From: Sphagnum compactum
Lineage: Eukaryota
Length of the DNA: 64,000 nt
Reading direction: 5' to 3'
NCBI GenBank assembly: GCA_965153455.1
Contig: OZ234493.1
Span: 4,216,001-4,280,000 of the forward strand
Shown: positions 50,690-64,000 of the stretch, in pieces
Layout: each line of letters opens with the position of its first letter
Position numbering within the stretch: position 1 is the first letter of the stretch
Notes under the pieces: model-generated
The model's input: only the letters and a program-made list of their open reading frames with translations
Databases searched by the model: none
What the model was told of the DNA's origin: nothing
Made by a program: the position numbers and the translations under genes

Positions 50690-52845
50690 AACATGGAATG
50701 GGCAGTTTTGTGATGATGGTGCAGAGGTGGAGCTGCAGGTACCCATTCCAGTGGAGATGGAAGGAAGTGATAGTGCAACAACTGTGAATGCACAGCACAT
50801 GCAAGTTGACACCCAAGACAGAACACTCTCCAGAACAGTACAAACCTCACAGGTGGACAACACCTCTTCTCAGCACCATGCCTCTATGGTCGGGTGAAGA
50901 CCTCTGAAACTGTCCGGTATACATTACTTTCTCCTTTCTCTGCAAACATAATGTTTTTCACAGGGAGATCAGTGACCAGAGATGATGATGATTCTGTCTC
51001 ATGAGAATTGTCCTTTGACATATAAAAATATGTGCGCAGATTTGGGACGTGTGTTGTTGTCAGGTGGCAGGTATGTGGATGACAATGAGATAGTTCTGAG
51101 CTTGAAGAAAATGGACACAGACTTGAAGTGGCCTGCCCTGCTGGAAGGCTGGGCATCCTTGACAACAGGTGTATCAGAACTGATGAAGGGTACATCCGTT
51201 TATGTGATTGGTGCATCAATCACCATCAACTGGGCTGTTGCCAAGGAGCTTGCTACTGGCTTAGGGTATGTTGTTTTCTCATTCCACCTTTTGGCAGTAC
51301 TTTCGGTCTCTACATATGTATTTATGGAATGGCAATATGAGGTTGTTCATCTATTTGAGGGTGGTGGTATTCGATCTGTATGAATCCTGCATTTTTCTTC
51401 ATGATTCTGAAACCAGGGGGTTTTACAGATATGTACAATTGCAGACAGAGCAGCTAATACAGGAGCTCAGAAGCTGGTCACCAATTCAATGTGGGCCTCG
51501 TCCTCCTCACCTCTCTGGATTCCCTCTTGCAAGTTAGCGTGGCAGCATTAAACTTGAAGTTTTTTCCTCAGTAGAGCTTAAAAAGATTTTCCATGGCTCT
51601 TGATACTTCTTTTGTTGGCTTTGCATCACATAAAACCTCTCAGCATCCATGGAACTTCGTGGTGTGTGGGGTGGTGGTTAATGCAGTGGGAGCAGAAGAA
51701 GGTGATAAATCAGTGACGGAAGCAGAAGATATGATTCTAAGTATCCTTAGTTCACATGCTCTCTCTGCTGCTTTCCAACTTGTCTGTCCCAAAATGGTGG
51801 CTGGAATAGTTTGCATGCCAGGTTCACAGTGTGGCTATCCCAAAGCAGTAGCAGGTCCCATCTGCACCCCCCTTTATGTGTAAGTCAATCCTGGTAGAGA
51901 CAGGGAGGATATAACCAAAAACTGGGATCAATGTTTTTGCTGCTGTATTCTACATGTATGCATCAGCTGCATTCATCAAGCATCAGCTGTGGTTCATCAA
52001 CCAGAACTGACTATCTACTGTTATTTTGAAGTTCTCCCTTATACCCATGAATATACTTATTAGATTATTGTGGAAATCAAAATCCCACTGCATTGCATCC
52101 GAAACAGAATTAGGACATTATTACTGTGGCTTGATAGATGAGGTAGCAGCAGAAGAGGAGGCAGCAAAAGCAAAGCAGGATGGTGTGGAGGCCTATACAC
52201 AGGCTGATGTGGTAGTAGCACTTGCAGGATGGGATGAAAACTCAGCATGACCTGCAGCTGAGGGCTCATTGAGAGCTCTCAAATACCTACTTGAGGCTGA
52301 TGTGGTAGTAGCACTTGCAGGATGGGATGAAAACTCAGCACAACCTGCAGCTGAGGGCTCATTGAGAGCTCTCAAATACCTACTTGAGGCTGATAAGGAG
52401 CTTCCTGGTATGTTGGTAGACCTCCTCCACCTCCTGTTTGAAGATCACACATAGCTGGATCTATGATGAAAGTCCTTCTGTAACAAAAAATGTTCAAGCT
52501 CTCTGTTGTCAAGAGAACTGATACTTTTGTTCTATAAATTGATGCAATGGAACCCAATGTTTACATTTTGTTGTCTCAAAGTTTCCAAGCACGTCATTGA
52601 GACTCACCACTGACAAGTTCAAATCAATCTTCATGATCAGTGAATATGCAAGGATTTGATTTCTTTGAAAATGTACTTATCTCTCTGGTTATTTCCTTTT
52701 TACAGGCAAGAAGAGCTTGTACTTACATCTAGGTTGCTGTGGTGATTGGCCCAATATCATGCCACCAGGCTGGGATCCTGCAACTGGGAAGCAGCAGCAG
52801 CCAAGCCACTGTGAAACTCATTGTATTGCAGTGCGGTTTAACTGA
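50690..52845 (+). pseudogene. SKL2: Shikimate kinase-like 2 (CS domain + inactive shikimate kinase) pseudogene
   Basis: GAEVELQV, LYGRVKTSETV, YVDDNEIVLSLKKMDTDLKWP..EGWASLTTG..MKGTSVYVIG, FTVWLSQ, ADVVVALAGWD, KKSLYLHLGCCGDWPNIMPPGWDP. Lesions: frameshift/deletion near 51770, TGA at 52248, 93-bp exonic duplication; no transit-peptide exon seen. Confidence 0.88.
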
Positions 52846-53019
52846 AATTTGTTAAAAGAATTTTAAAGGATTCGGATCTCAAGGACTGGGTTATACTGGT
52901 AGCCTGACTGATGGTGTAACATGATGATGAGTGTGGTGATAACCTTATGAGAGTTGCAAGCTCACAAAGTGGCAGCCACAATAAGAGTGTGCAGTATTCT
53001 GGAAGAACCTACAGCAACC

Positions 53020-53960
53020 ATATTTGCAATGCTCTTTCATAGCAATGAAGAGGATATGAAGATAACCTTTGAACAACACACCTCTAAAATTCATTTTCAA
53101 TATCCCAAAAACATTTTCCACCACACTCTTCCATTTGGAACGATGTTTGTTGTATAATGCTTCCAAAAATGTGTGCTCAATGTTTGCACTTTGCTTAAGA
53201 GGGATCATGAACTAGGGCAAAAGTACGTAGCCCTTGTCCCCACTAATGTAAGGGTGAATGCCATCTTGTGAATCATATTTCAGGTCAAAGAAACCATCAT
53301 AAATTGCAATTCTATAAAGGCTAGATCATGAAAATATTATGGAATCATTCATAAATGTTGATAGTCCCACAAAAACATTTCAAAATTGGTTCTATTAATC
53401 AATGATCACTTGCAACTGCATGTTGTGAACTTTGGATTGGTAAGGGAAAAAATGCAGCAACAGCTCCCATAGGTGAATTTACGTGCATTCAATTGCACTG
53501 TGAACAAGAAGAAGGTTGCACAATCCTTGAAGCCCTTGACATCACCCTCAACAAATCTTCACATTGTGGCCACCAATTTTGGTTCTTAAACACAACATTA
53601 GCAACAACAAATTCATGCAAGACCATGTTTGAAGAAGACTTGTTGATTGCAAATAGTTTGTTACATTGAAAATAGTTAGTTTCATGTGCAAGCTTGTAAA
53701 ATGAACGCGTAACTCTAGATGCCAATAGGAATTGCATGTCTGTATGCGGTATTTTGCTTTATAATCAAAGGTCACAACTTCTTTGTTATTTGCAAACCAA
53801 TTTATCTAGTGATTCATAAATGTTCAACACACTTTGAATTTTCATGTTGAGTCATAAGGAAGTTCAAATACCAAATGGTATTTTGAACCTTGACCCAATC
53901 TCCAACTTCCTTTGTCATCAACAAATCAAAATTGTAATAAAACTTGAAATGATGCAAGAT
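53020..53960 (-). mobile_element. PIF/Harbinger (HARBI1-like, DDE_Tnp_4) transposase remnant
   Basis: Broken frames give YKLAHETNYFQCNKLFAINKSS..VLHEFV, GDKGY.LLP*FMIP and YNKHRSKWKSVVENVFGILK. Confidence 0.85.
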
Positions 53961-56900
53961 AACACCATTCCATGCACTTTCAACCAACAATCTAATATTG
54001 GATGCCAAGTAATCATTTGTTAGAAGAGCCATAACTCTCATGCATTCACTTTCAACCTTAGAGCACAAAGGTAAAAAAACTCTTGCAAATGTTTTAAAAA
54101 ATGGAAAAAATTCATCAACAACAACAATTCCAATGGTGGCACCATTACAATATGCAAAATGAAAAAATAATAATGAATGAAGGCAATGAATGAAAACAAT
54201 GAAACTGAACACACAAAAATGAAAAAGCTTGTGCTACATAGAAAATGAAAAAACTTATGTGAGTTGCTGTAAAAATGAAAAAACTTGAACAAAAGAAGGA
54301 ATGGTGATTCAATGTGGCATGGGTGTGCAATGTAAGCAATGGGCACTTCAATTATCATGATGATTTGTTATTGTTTAATTAATTTTTGACTAACTTTCCA
54401 TTAATTCACAAACATATATAAACACTTTGAACTACAACCACACCTTAATTAGTTATAGTCAGTACATTTGAAGGAAATTGATAAAAAAGATAATGCCTAG
54501 CCATGATAGCTAACATTATGACCTACCACCAACCTAATCCTTATCATAAACCTATTACCAAAACTAATTAATCAACCTATAATAACTTTAAGTCTAAATG
54601 TACATTCATAATGATTTCACAATGACAATTTCATGATTAGATTCATTGTGGACCATGATTGGATTCCACAACTTAAAATGATATTTTCAAATAACATGTA
54701 TCAAAAAACTTAAATACTTGATTATATTAACAAGGAGAATAATTGTTATCAATGATTTGGGATTCCAAGGTCCCACAAAAACCTAAGACTTTCAATTGAT
54801 GCAAGATGAATGTTTTTTCACTAGACACATTGGTAGTTTGAATAAAATGTTAGTAGTAGTCAAAGCAACAATGCAAATTTCATTTTGTTGTAGATTTGTA
54901 AACATAATTACAATTACACAAATATTAAATTTGCACACATCAAAATGAGAAAAAAGAAGGAAAATATACATTTTATTGAATTGAAATATGTCAAAGAATA
55001 AAGGAAATTGGAAGATATAAAATAGTATTAAATTTACACCATGTTGAAAATGTTGTTACATATTGTACAATTGCAAAATGATAATTTTTATGGTTAATTG
55101 TTATCATTGTAGGAATGTAATATTGAAATAATTCATACAGTAGCTTTGTAATAAATGCATCTCTCACAATCCATAAAATATGCAACCTCTCCAATGTGTG
55201 TATTGATTTGATTTTTATATGTGATTTGGAAATGTGCAATGTTGGATTGCTTTTGAAGTGGGTCCACAAGCTATCATATTGTTTTGCAAATGCCATAAAG
55301 CTTCTCTTCAATTGTGAAAAGATTAGGGAATCTCATTTCAAAAGGGTTTGATTCCAAGATTTTCAAGAGAAATATCATGGTTTTTATTTTTGAATTATAC
55401 TCTCATGTGTGAAAGAAAATTATGATTGTTTTTATTTTAAACAACACATGTGTTAATGCTTTTAATACTAAAAGGCATTGGCACATTCAAATTTTAAATA
55501 AAATTATTATGTTATCCTATAGACAAACAAGGTGTGTTATACAAAATGGCCCTATTATTTATCTGATATTGACAATGAATATTGTATGATGAATTTGGTC
55601 ATATCTAGCAAATAAATAAAAAATAAATTTATATTAATGTGCATGATCATATTTTTGTAAAAGAATAATTTTCATGATTTTTAAATGATTTCTTTTTTTT
55701 ACCTCACATCAATTACAAACAATTCAAAAGTGACTTCACATTAAATGGTGACATGTTCTAGGAACCTATCTAAAACCAAAACCACTATGGAAATGTCATA
55801 ATTTGATTTTCAATTTTTTTTGAAACCCAATGATTTTTTTCTTCAAAAATAAAAAGGAATATGCAAATGAATATTTTGTTTTCATATTTGTGCAAAATTT
55901 CAAAAAAAAACTTGTCATGACATGCAAATTTGAATGTTTCTAACCACATTATCACATTTTGAAAGAATTCTATGAATTTTTCCATATTACAAAAGCTTTA
56001 CCCATTTTTGGAGAAAATAGTTTTAAATATATATATTTTTGAAAAGAAGGCCTTGAACACCTTCTAGAAATATTGGGCGCTCATGAGGCCATGTCGCCCT
56101 ATTCTCATTTGAGATTTCAACTGAAATTTTAAGATTTGAATTAGTGGGGGTTATAGGAAAGAAAAAAGATTTGTTGGAACCATGTCTATAAATAAGAATT
56201 ACACATTTTGACTATTACTTCATTGAAAATAATTTTCTTAAAATCAAACCACCAAATTCAGTAACCCCATTGGTCTGAAAATGTCGCCATGGCTTTATTT
56301 GAAATCTCAAATGAGATCTTTAAAATAAAATGCAAAAGTATTCTACTAAAACTTTATCTGTATATAACAATTACACATTTTGATTGTTATTTTATTCAAT
56401 TATTTTTTTAAAAGAATAAAATCACCAAATTCAATAATCCCATTGTTCTAAAAACATAAATTTTCAAGCTTACAGACAACCCTATTCTATTGAACATTGA
56501 AAAAAATGGTATTTTTTTTAACAATTCCATTGGTCCTCCAAAGAATTTTCACAAATCTTTCAAACTTGTTAGATAGAGTTAATGAAAATATTCATAAACC
56601 TCTATGGTATGTTGGAATTTTCATTGTTGGCAAGTTTTTAGGGATAAGTGTGTTTTAAGGTTTGGGAAGGGGGATTTGATAATAACAATAGTAATGAGAT
56701 TGTGGCAAAAGGATCTATTACTACAATAGACATAACACATACACTTAAAGCCAATGATGTAAGAAAGATGGTGAAATCACAATATGAGGCAATCATTAAT
56801 TTATTTATGCTTGCAACATTTGTGGTTTTTGCTGCATTCTTGTCCCATCCAACCATAAGTAAGGAATATAATCAATAAATATAAACCTAAATTGTCTTGA

Positions 56901-57102
56901 TGGATTTCTCGAACATGGTGTACATTGTCTTCTGTTAGAGACTAAAACATCAATGAACTTTCATAATAGCCAATGGCTAATTAGGGATTTAGGAGAGCCA
57001 TGGCCAAACATAAAGTTTGAATATGTGGTTTGCATTTTTATATACTAGGGTCTATTGTAACTTTGGGTGTTGATGATGACTATGATGTGTGTAGATGTTC
57101 AA

Positions 57103-57278
57103 AATGTCTACGAAGTAAAAAAAGAGAAGGTGCTATTGGGAGAAAGGCTAGTGCTCACCACATTAGACTTTGATATTAACATTCATCATTCTTACAAGCC
57201 ATTGGTGGTAGCCATTAAAAAGTTTTAGGTGGCTACAAATACACTTGCGTAAATTGCGTGGAATTTTGTGAATGATGG
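57103..57278 (+). pseudogene. Orphan cyclin-T exon fragment
   Basis: [56 protein letters not shown] followed by a GTAAG donor. Two stops; the acceptor appears mutated (CAA). Confidence 0.85.
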
Positions 57279-60075
57279 GTAAGCAAGCTTTTGTAAGAGC
57301 TTAGCCTTTAGTCACTTAATATCACATGCTTGCAATTAAGCTGTAGCTCTAGAAAATCAAGAAGATTTGTATTTTGTGAAGGGTTGTTTCCATGATGTTC
57401 ATACCATGTTGGGATCTTAGTTTCTTGCATATGTGTTGTTGGCCTTTATTGGTAATGCCAATTGATAAGTAGGTTAGGAAGTGTGAGTTCCCAGGATTTG
57501 TTGGCCCTTTTAATTGTTGACTACCCATTGTGGGATTGACGTTGTCAAATTACTGCAAGTTCAATGTAGGACAATTTTCCCTTTGATATGTAGATTATGA
57601 TCCATGTGGGGTGTTTTTTGGTATTACACACAAGGTCGAACTAGAATGACAATTGATCGTTGTGTTTTATTCTGGACACATGCAAGGTGAGCGTAAGTTC
57701 TTTCAATAATGACCCCATGGTGAAGCTTGATCATGTTGTGACTTGTCTATTTGTTTTCTATTGCAACTTGTCATTTGAAACTATCACCCAATTGACTCAA
57801 TACTTTTGTTATGGATTACAATGCATTCGAAGCTCGATAAGCCAACGCTCAATAAGCTTTTCAATGGTTTTTTTTTTGTTAAAACAAATTTGTTAAATGC
57901 TTCCCCAAAATCATTTTGTGTTGTGCAAAAGCTCTTCAGTTTGCAAAACTGAAATGAAATAATTAAGGAAATGTGTAAGGTGTTTTCAAAAAAGGATTAT
58001 TTTGGCATTACTCTCATGTGCAAGAGAAATGAGGGCAAGATTTGTGAAATGCTTCTAAAGACACTTTTGTGTGGTGCAAAATCTCTTCAATTCACGCAAC
58101 TAAAACAAAGGAACACATGCATACTTGACATGTTGAAAAACTAGTGTGTCTTCCTTAGCACCACTAATAAGCATCACATCACTTGGGTGCTCATCATGGT
58201 GTGGGATGGAATATTTGACTTGAGTGCCATGAACCCTTCAACTCCAATGAAGTTGCACGATGTCCTAGAGTAACTAATATTGTAAAATGATAAAAACTCG
58301 TCCATCTCCCATGCTTGTTGAGTGAAAACAAGCTCCAAAATGTGAAAAAAAGCTCCAAAGATACCCAATTATTTGGAAACTCTCCTCCTTGACTAGAGTT
58401 TTTCGAATAACTGATGATTATAATGCGAAACTTCTCATAAGTATTTCCACGTGTCCAATTTCAATAAATGGTTATTGTATTGAAAATTTGCAACTGTAAA
58501 ACCCACTTTTAGGTGGGGAGAAGGATTAAACGTGATTTGTCCTTGTTAAAAGAATAGTTGCAGTTTTGAATTGTCGTTCTAATTCTCATGTATCTACATG
58601 AAATCATGATTGCATTTTGGCATGGAATATGTCTTTGTAAATCCGTTGCATATTTGCTTTTTGAACTGTCTAAACTGTATTTTGTATGCTATTGAAAACT
58701 TTGGTATGCCTTTTGAGTAAAACAATGAAGTTGAAACTTGTGTTAAAAATTGTTGCAGATAAAATTTTCAACACATGCATCACCCATGTTGGATTATGAT
58801 GGAGCTTGGGTGATAATGCAAAACAGTATGCCAAACCAACCCCTTACAAATTTAGGTAATTTCAGCTTTAGGAAATTTGAAAAGAGTTTAAGCTTAATAA
58901 AACGATGTTGCTGAATCAAACACAAAACTTGGAACACATTCCATTTTCTGTACAATGACGCCTCCAGATCAATTGCACAAGCAACAAACAAAAGACCAAT
59001 AGCTTCTAAACTCCCATTTCTAACTATAGAATCCTTGCGGCACACTATGAAATGGACCTGTCAACAAACAGAAGACCAAATGCACAAATTTCAGGTTCAA
59101 AACCTTCAAGAAATGCACTATACTAATTAGAACAAATGTATTCCTGCACAAACAGAAAAGTGAGTGTACATTAAAAATGATCAGTTTCTCTTTCATTTAC
59201 TCTATATACAAATGCATGAAATACAATGGTGGTGGCGGTCCTCGAGTCAACTGATTTCAAAAGCAGATGACTGTTAACATCTTACACAAGCCCATTGTCA
59301 TGTTTGGCAGCTCGTTCTAGAACAGATCGATGTCAAGTATCTGTTATTAACTTTTAAAACAAGAGGAAGTCACCAATAGCTGATAGCCCTTGCCAGTCCC
59401 CTTTGGGAAGTAAAGCGCAGAAGAGGAAACTCACATCCACAATTAAATGCAGTATCAGTTCATTGTTAGACTTGAACACTTCAAAACAAAAGCTAAGAAC
59501 AGGACATCTATTTTTGCACATACAGGCTTGGTTGATTATACATCTATAGGACTAAACTGGCAGAAGTCTTGCAAAGAGAGATAACAGCCTAGCCCCCTGA
59601 TAAATATCATGACCAGTGGGCACAGAGACTGTCCTTTAGAAAATTGATTGGACTTGCAATGAGCTTTGATTGAGCAAGAGACCGCAACAAAGACATTGAT
59701 GTTCCTGACTCACATTGGTTGTATGTACTGCCCTTGGTGGGATTCACTATGGTAACTTGGCCCTTCACCCCATGAACTGAGCAGTCGTAAAAAAGGCCCT
59801 CATCACTACCATTAGAAACCATCATCGGTGCATTGGAATCGAACAAAAAACATTTGATACATTTCAGTTCTGTCTATGTGGGATTGAGCCAGCCCTACTT
59901 CAACCGCTGAGGACGGATAGAGACATGGTGAAGAAATCTCCAGGCAGGGTAGTTTACCAGACAACCAAAAGCCTGAACCTGCGCCCATGCCCTCTCCCAT
60001 GCTCACTGCCCTAAGGTATCATAAGTAGTTTCAGATGACTCATTGTTCATCTTCTGTTTCCAAAAAAAGAAAAGC

Positions 60076-63000
60076 CTACATGTCAACCATCTCATCTTGG
60101 AGCTCAATTGGGGCTACAAGTCCTGGAATGCTGAGCATGCGTCTCCTCTCTGCTTCTCTTTGTGCTGCAGCCTCTTCTGCATACAGGTCCTTGTTGTCCT
60201 GGAAAATCCATGTCAATTCATCAATAATGTGCAACTCTAATCCTCACAACAAAATATCAACAAAACTGCAAAGAGAACTCCAAGAAAACACTTTAAAAGT
60301 CCCATCCAAACCAAGATAAATGTGACAATAGTGAGTGCAGTCATTGCATTGAGAGTCACTCACAAATCATCAGCCTAGCACCTTCATCATGAAGGCAGTT
60401 ACTAGTTGTGATTACTCCCCACTACATTCATCAGCTAATGACTAGGGGTAGAGAGCATAAAAACATTCTCAAAACTTAGGGAAACATCATACAGAAAACA
60501 AAGTCTTGCACCCTGGACATGTCCCTTGATCACACCAGTGGTGACCACGTGGAGGCATAAACATCAGCTTTAGCCACTGGAACATATATGATAATACATG
60601 AAATTAAGAAGAAAACTCCACAAAAACAATTTGAAGGTAAATCATTTTGTCAGTTCTGGCCAGACCAAAACCAACATGATAATAACATGGTCATATTCGT
60701 CATGAAAACCAATCACTACCGGTCTCCTCACAACTAATGCATATGAGATTGGTGCCATCAGTTTCATAAACAATGCCTGATTATCACCATCACTGTAAGA
60801 TTGTCATGAAAAGAACCAACCTGTGCAGAGAATTCTTTGGACTGAATTAAAAAGTCCCGTAGTTGGTTCTTGAATGCTCCCAAATCGTTGCGGTTTTCAA
60901 AAAGGCCATTCACAAACATGGCTACCTGTCTCAGGAGACAACAAACCATTCTGTTGACTGCAACAATTGAGCTGCCTACACTCAGCCTAAGCCAGCACTG
61001 TCTGGGTTCAGAGGAAAGGTATTAGGACAGCCTAAATCAAACAGAAAAATTATTGACACAGTTTATTTACCTCAGTAGAAGTCATATTTGGGAAAGAGGT
61101 TTCCAAGAGCTTGATGGTGTAGTCACGGACAAAAACCATGTTAGATGGATATGCAGTTGGACCTAGTGAGGTGACATCCCACAATGCCTGTGTCAATGCT
61201 CCAGAATCAACCTGCACAAATAATTCACCACATCAAAGTTCCAGAATCAACAAATAAACAAAGAAAAGGCCCTGCACCTGAAAACCCAATGAATTCTAGG
61301 GAAGTGTCGGGGTAAGATTACATACCAGGCAAAAAAGGTGCTGAAGAATGAGAACATGCAGTTTGTAGCCAGGCTTGTGGAAGGTATCAGTTAACACAGC
61401 GAAAATCTCCTGCTCGATTGTTAGAAAGTATGTCTGATGGAACTGGTTGCAAAACTCTGATGCCTGCAAGCAAAGCATTCTAAGAACAATATTACAAACA
61501 TACCGTTATCAGTGCAACCAATCAATTCTCAAAAAAAGGTTTTCCTTTATAAAATAAAATTCTTCCAAAATAACAAGAGTAGGAGGAAACACCCACTTGC
61601 ATAGAACACACCAACAGTAGAAAAAAAGTACCTGGAAATTAGTAAGCATGTCAAGGAGAAGGTTGAGGCCAGTCTCAGCAACATTCCGTTCAGTATGACG
61701 GAACGCCCAGATGATCGAATCCATTACCAACTTTAATTGCTATTGCAACCAAGAAAGTCAGGTCTCTGATAACATTAGTTCAAAGTTCCCCATCTCACCA
61801 AACACCAGCAGCCTTCTCTTTGTGGGTCTAAAACTTTCCAAACTATGTTCATACACTCTGGAAACATTTTAATCTTCTAAGCCACAGACTCCACCAGGAA
61901 AGGCTGCTGGCAAAAACAAAACTAATTACATATAAATACAGAGCAAAATTAAGACAAAAAACTGTTGTTTTGGTCAAACCAAATCACACAATAATAATGA
62001 GTGTCTCATAACCTTCATGAGTGCCACTCATGAAGTATCAGACCATTGCCTTCATGACACATGACAGTGACTAGAAGCCCCAGTGCATGTCCATATCATA
62101 TAATATTCTGGTTAAAACTTAGGCAAACAATTATACCCAAGTCTGCATCCTGGGTTTCAACTGCATTTGTGGAAGCAAAGGGAAGAATGGGTTGAGATAT
62201 TGTTAGCACTTCAAAGGCATAGCAAGTACAAACCATAAACAATTACAGCTCTAACGCTACAGGAGAAGGACACACCATGCATTGAGATGATGAATGAAAC
62301 TTACTTGACTGGACAGGGAGAAAAGAGCACGGAAACAATGGCTTGCAATTGCTCGTAGCAAGAAAAAGAATTTCAGTCGATGCTCTGGATAGTCTTCGAA
62401 GTTTTTTGTTATCATCTACAAAAAAGTCAAAAGTCAGCAAAATCAGAAGTACCTTCACAACCTACAATGCCCATGTCTAAATGGAATTTAATCGCAGTTC
62501 AACAACCTCATCAAATTATGTTTCAGTCTCTCTACTGATGAATTTTACGATCAACACACCTCAAGGGTACATGCAAACACTGCCTCAAAAATTTGTGGTA
62601 CATCCTCCAACATAGCTCCCTTCAACCTGCATGACAGTTAGGATAGATCAATCAACAATCCTCCAAGCACCAGGTGGAACATCACATCCCACCATATTTC
62701 AAAGTTGAAAGTAGAATGCTCATGAAAAAATGTGGACATGAGGACAAGGTAAACAGACATACTTGTTGATAATGGTTGCAAACAACGACAATACTTCAGA
62801 CTCCCGAGCATCAGAAACATTGCGAGCATAGTCACCCAAGATGGGATCCATCATAGCCGGAACAAACTGCTTGGCTATTAGTTCTGTGTCCTCTGCTTTG
62901 TCCACAAATGTCTCTATTAACTTCAATGTTTCTCGTTTCACTGACCTGACATTTTCCCAGTGCCAACCACACTCAATACTGTATTGGATTATTTTGGACA

Positions 63001-64000
63001 AGATTAAACTGCATACAGATTGTGCATGTACTAGTTTACTTCTTAGAAGAGTGCATTGCCTACTCGCAACAAAAATCACATTAAAACTCCAGATGAGTAA
63101 AGAACCCATGAAAAGTGCAAGACCAGTGAAACCAAGCTTCTCCCAAGTATCACCTCAAAAGCTTAACATAGGAGGTCCGAGATGCATAAGGGCCTCCTTC
63201 AGCAATGCTAGTAGATATGAGCTCGCTGTACATTCTGCACAAAGCCAAACAGGCCAAACACATGACATCCAGACTATGAAGTTGAACAAAGCAAAAGAGG
63301 GAATGAGCAGAAGAAGATTACCTATATACGTTTAGCATGTCCAAGTAGATTAAGGATATTTGTGAGAGGAAGGCCTGCCCAAGGGCACTTGCCACACTTG
63401 TGTTTGTCTGTCAGGAGACAATGGTACCAAAATTAGCTTGAGAGATGAAATACTCTAAAAACTTCACCAATCCATTCCTTTTCTAGCACTAGACCATCAA
63501 AACAAAACCACCAAACTAACATAGCTCATAAAGATATATTAACTATGGAGATGGGACCAGTTGCTCACAGTGCAAATGCCATCCATACCTGTAGTATGTT
63601 TAAAACTGCTCTCACAACTTCTTGGGCCTTTAAAAATTCAACACTCTGGCGAGCCTGACCAATTATTTCTGCCCATCTCTGCAATCGAGCAATCATTGAC
63701 TGTTACAAAACCACCCCAAAAACCAACATAATAGAGATTTGCAAAGGATTTAGGACTGAAGAACTCCAACCTGATTTGGCAATTCCATCAGCTTTTGCAA
63801 GTACTCATCGCGCCTTTGTGGGTCACTTTCTGCTTGAATCATGAACCCCACCTGATGTAGTAACACAAACCCAAGTTATTACCAGTTCCAAGAGGCAAAA
63901 GAGGAATAACTAATGCTGTGAACAGTGAAAGAAAAAAAAAATTTAAGACAGAAGTAATACAGCTTCATAGAATGTGTGGATCTGATGGGCCTCCAGATCC
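60076..64000 (-). CDS. XPO1: Exportin-1 (CRM1), 3' exons; the gene continues beyond the window
   Basis: Exons encode RDEYLQKLMELPNQ, TNTSVASALGQAF, SVKRETLKLIETFV, DARESEVLSLFATIINK, NFEDYPEHRLKFF, DSIIWAFRHTERNVAETGL, LTDTFHKPG, FKNQLRDFLIQSKEFS and DNKDLYAEE...QDEMVDM*. TAG at 60076-60078. Confidence 0.97.

Overview
Eukaryotic, intron-rich, AT-rich land-plant nuclear DNA. Gene content and repeat style suggest a bryophyte, probably Sphagnum (inference). Apparently intact genes: a 9-exon acid/triacylglycerol lipase (+), an intronless mitochondrial phosphate carrier (+), a ~10-exon mitochondrial carrier (-), L-lactate dehydrogenase (+), a trihelix transcription factor with a SAM-like C-terminus (-), and the 3' half of exportin-1 (-). 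The ~17.5-43 kb and 50-59 kb tracts hold decayed sequence. This includes a spliced CRTAC1/ASPIC-UnbV-like beta-propeller pseudogene; an intronless ~568-codon ORF of unknown family broken only by five in-frame stops; a 5 x ~186 bp hairpin-bearing tandem array that shares a 25-bp motif with that ORF's flank; an SKL2 pseudogene; Harbinger and gag-knuckle remnants; an orphan cyclin-T exon; and MITE-like repeats. All exon models and homologies were derived by eye or recalled from memory, with no searches run.
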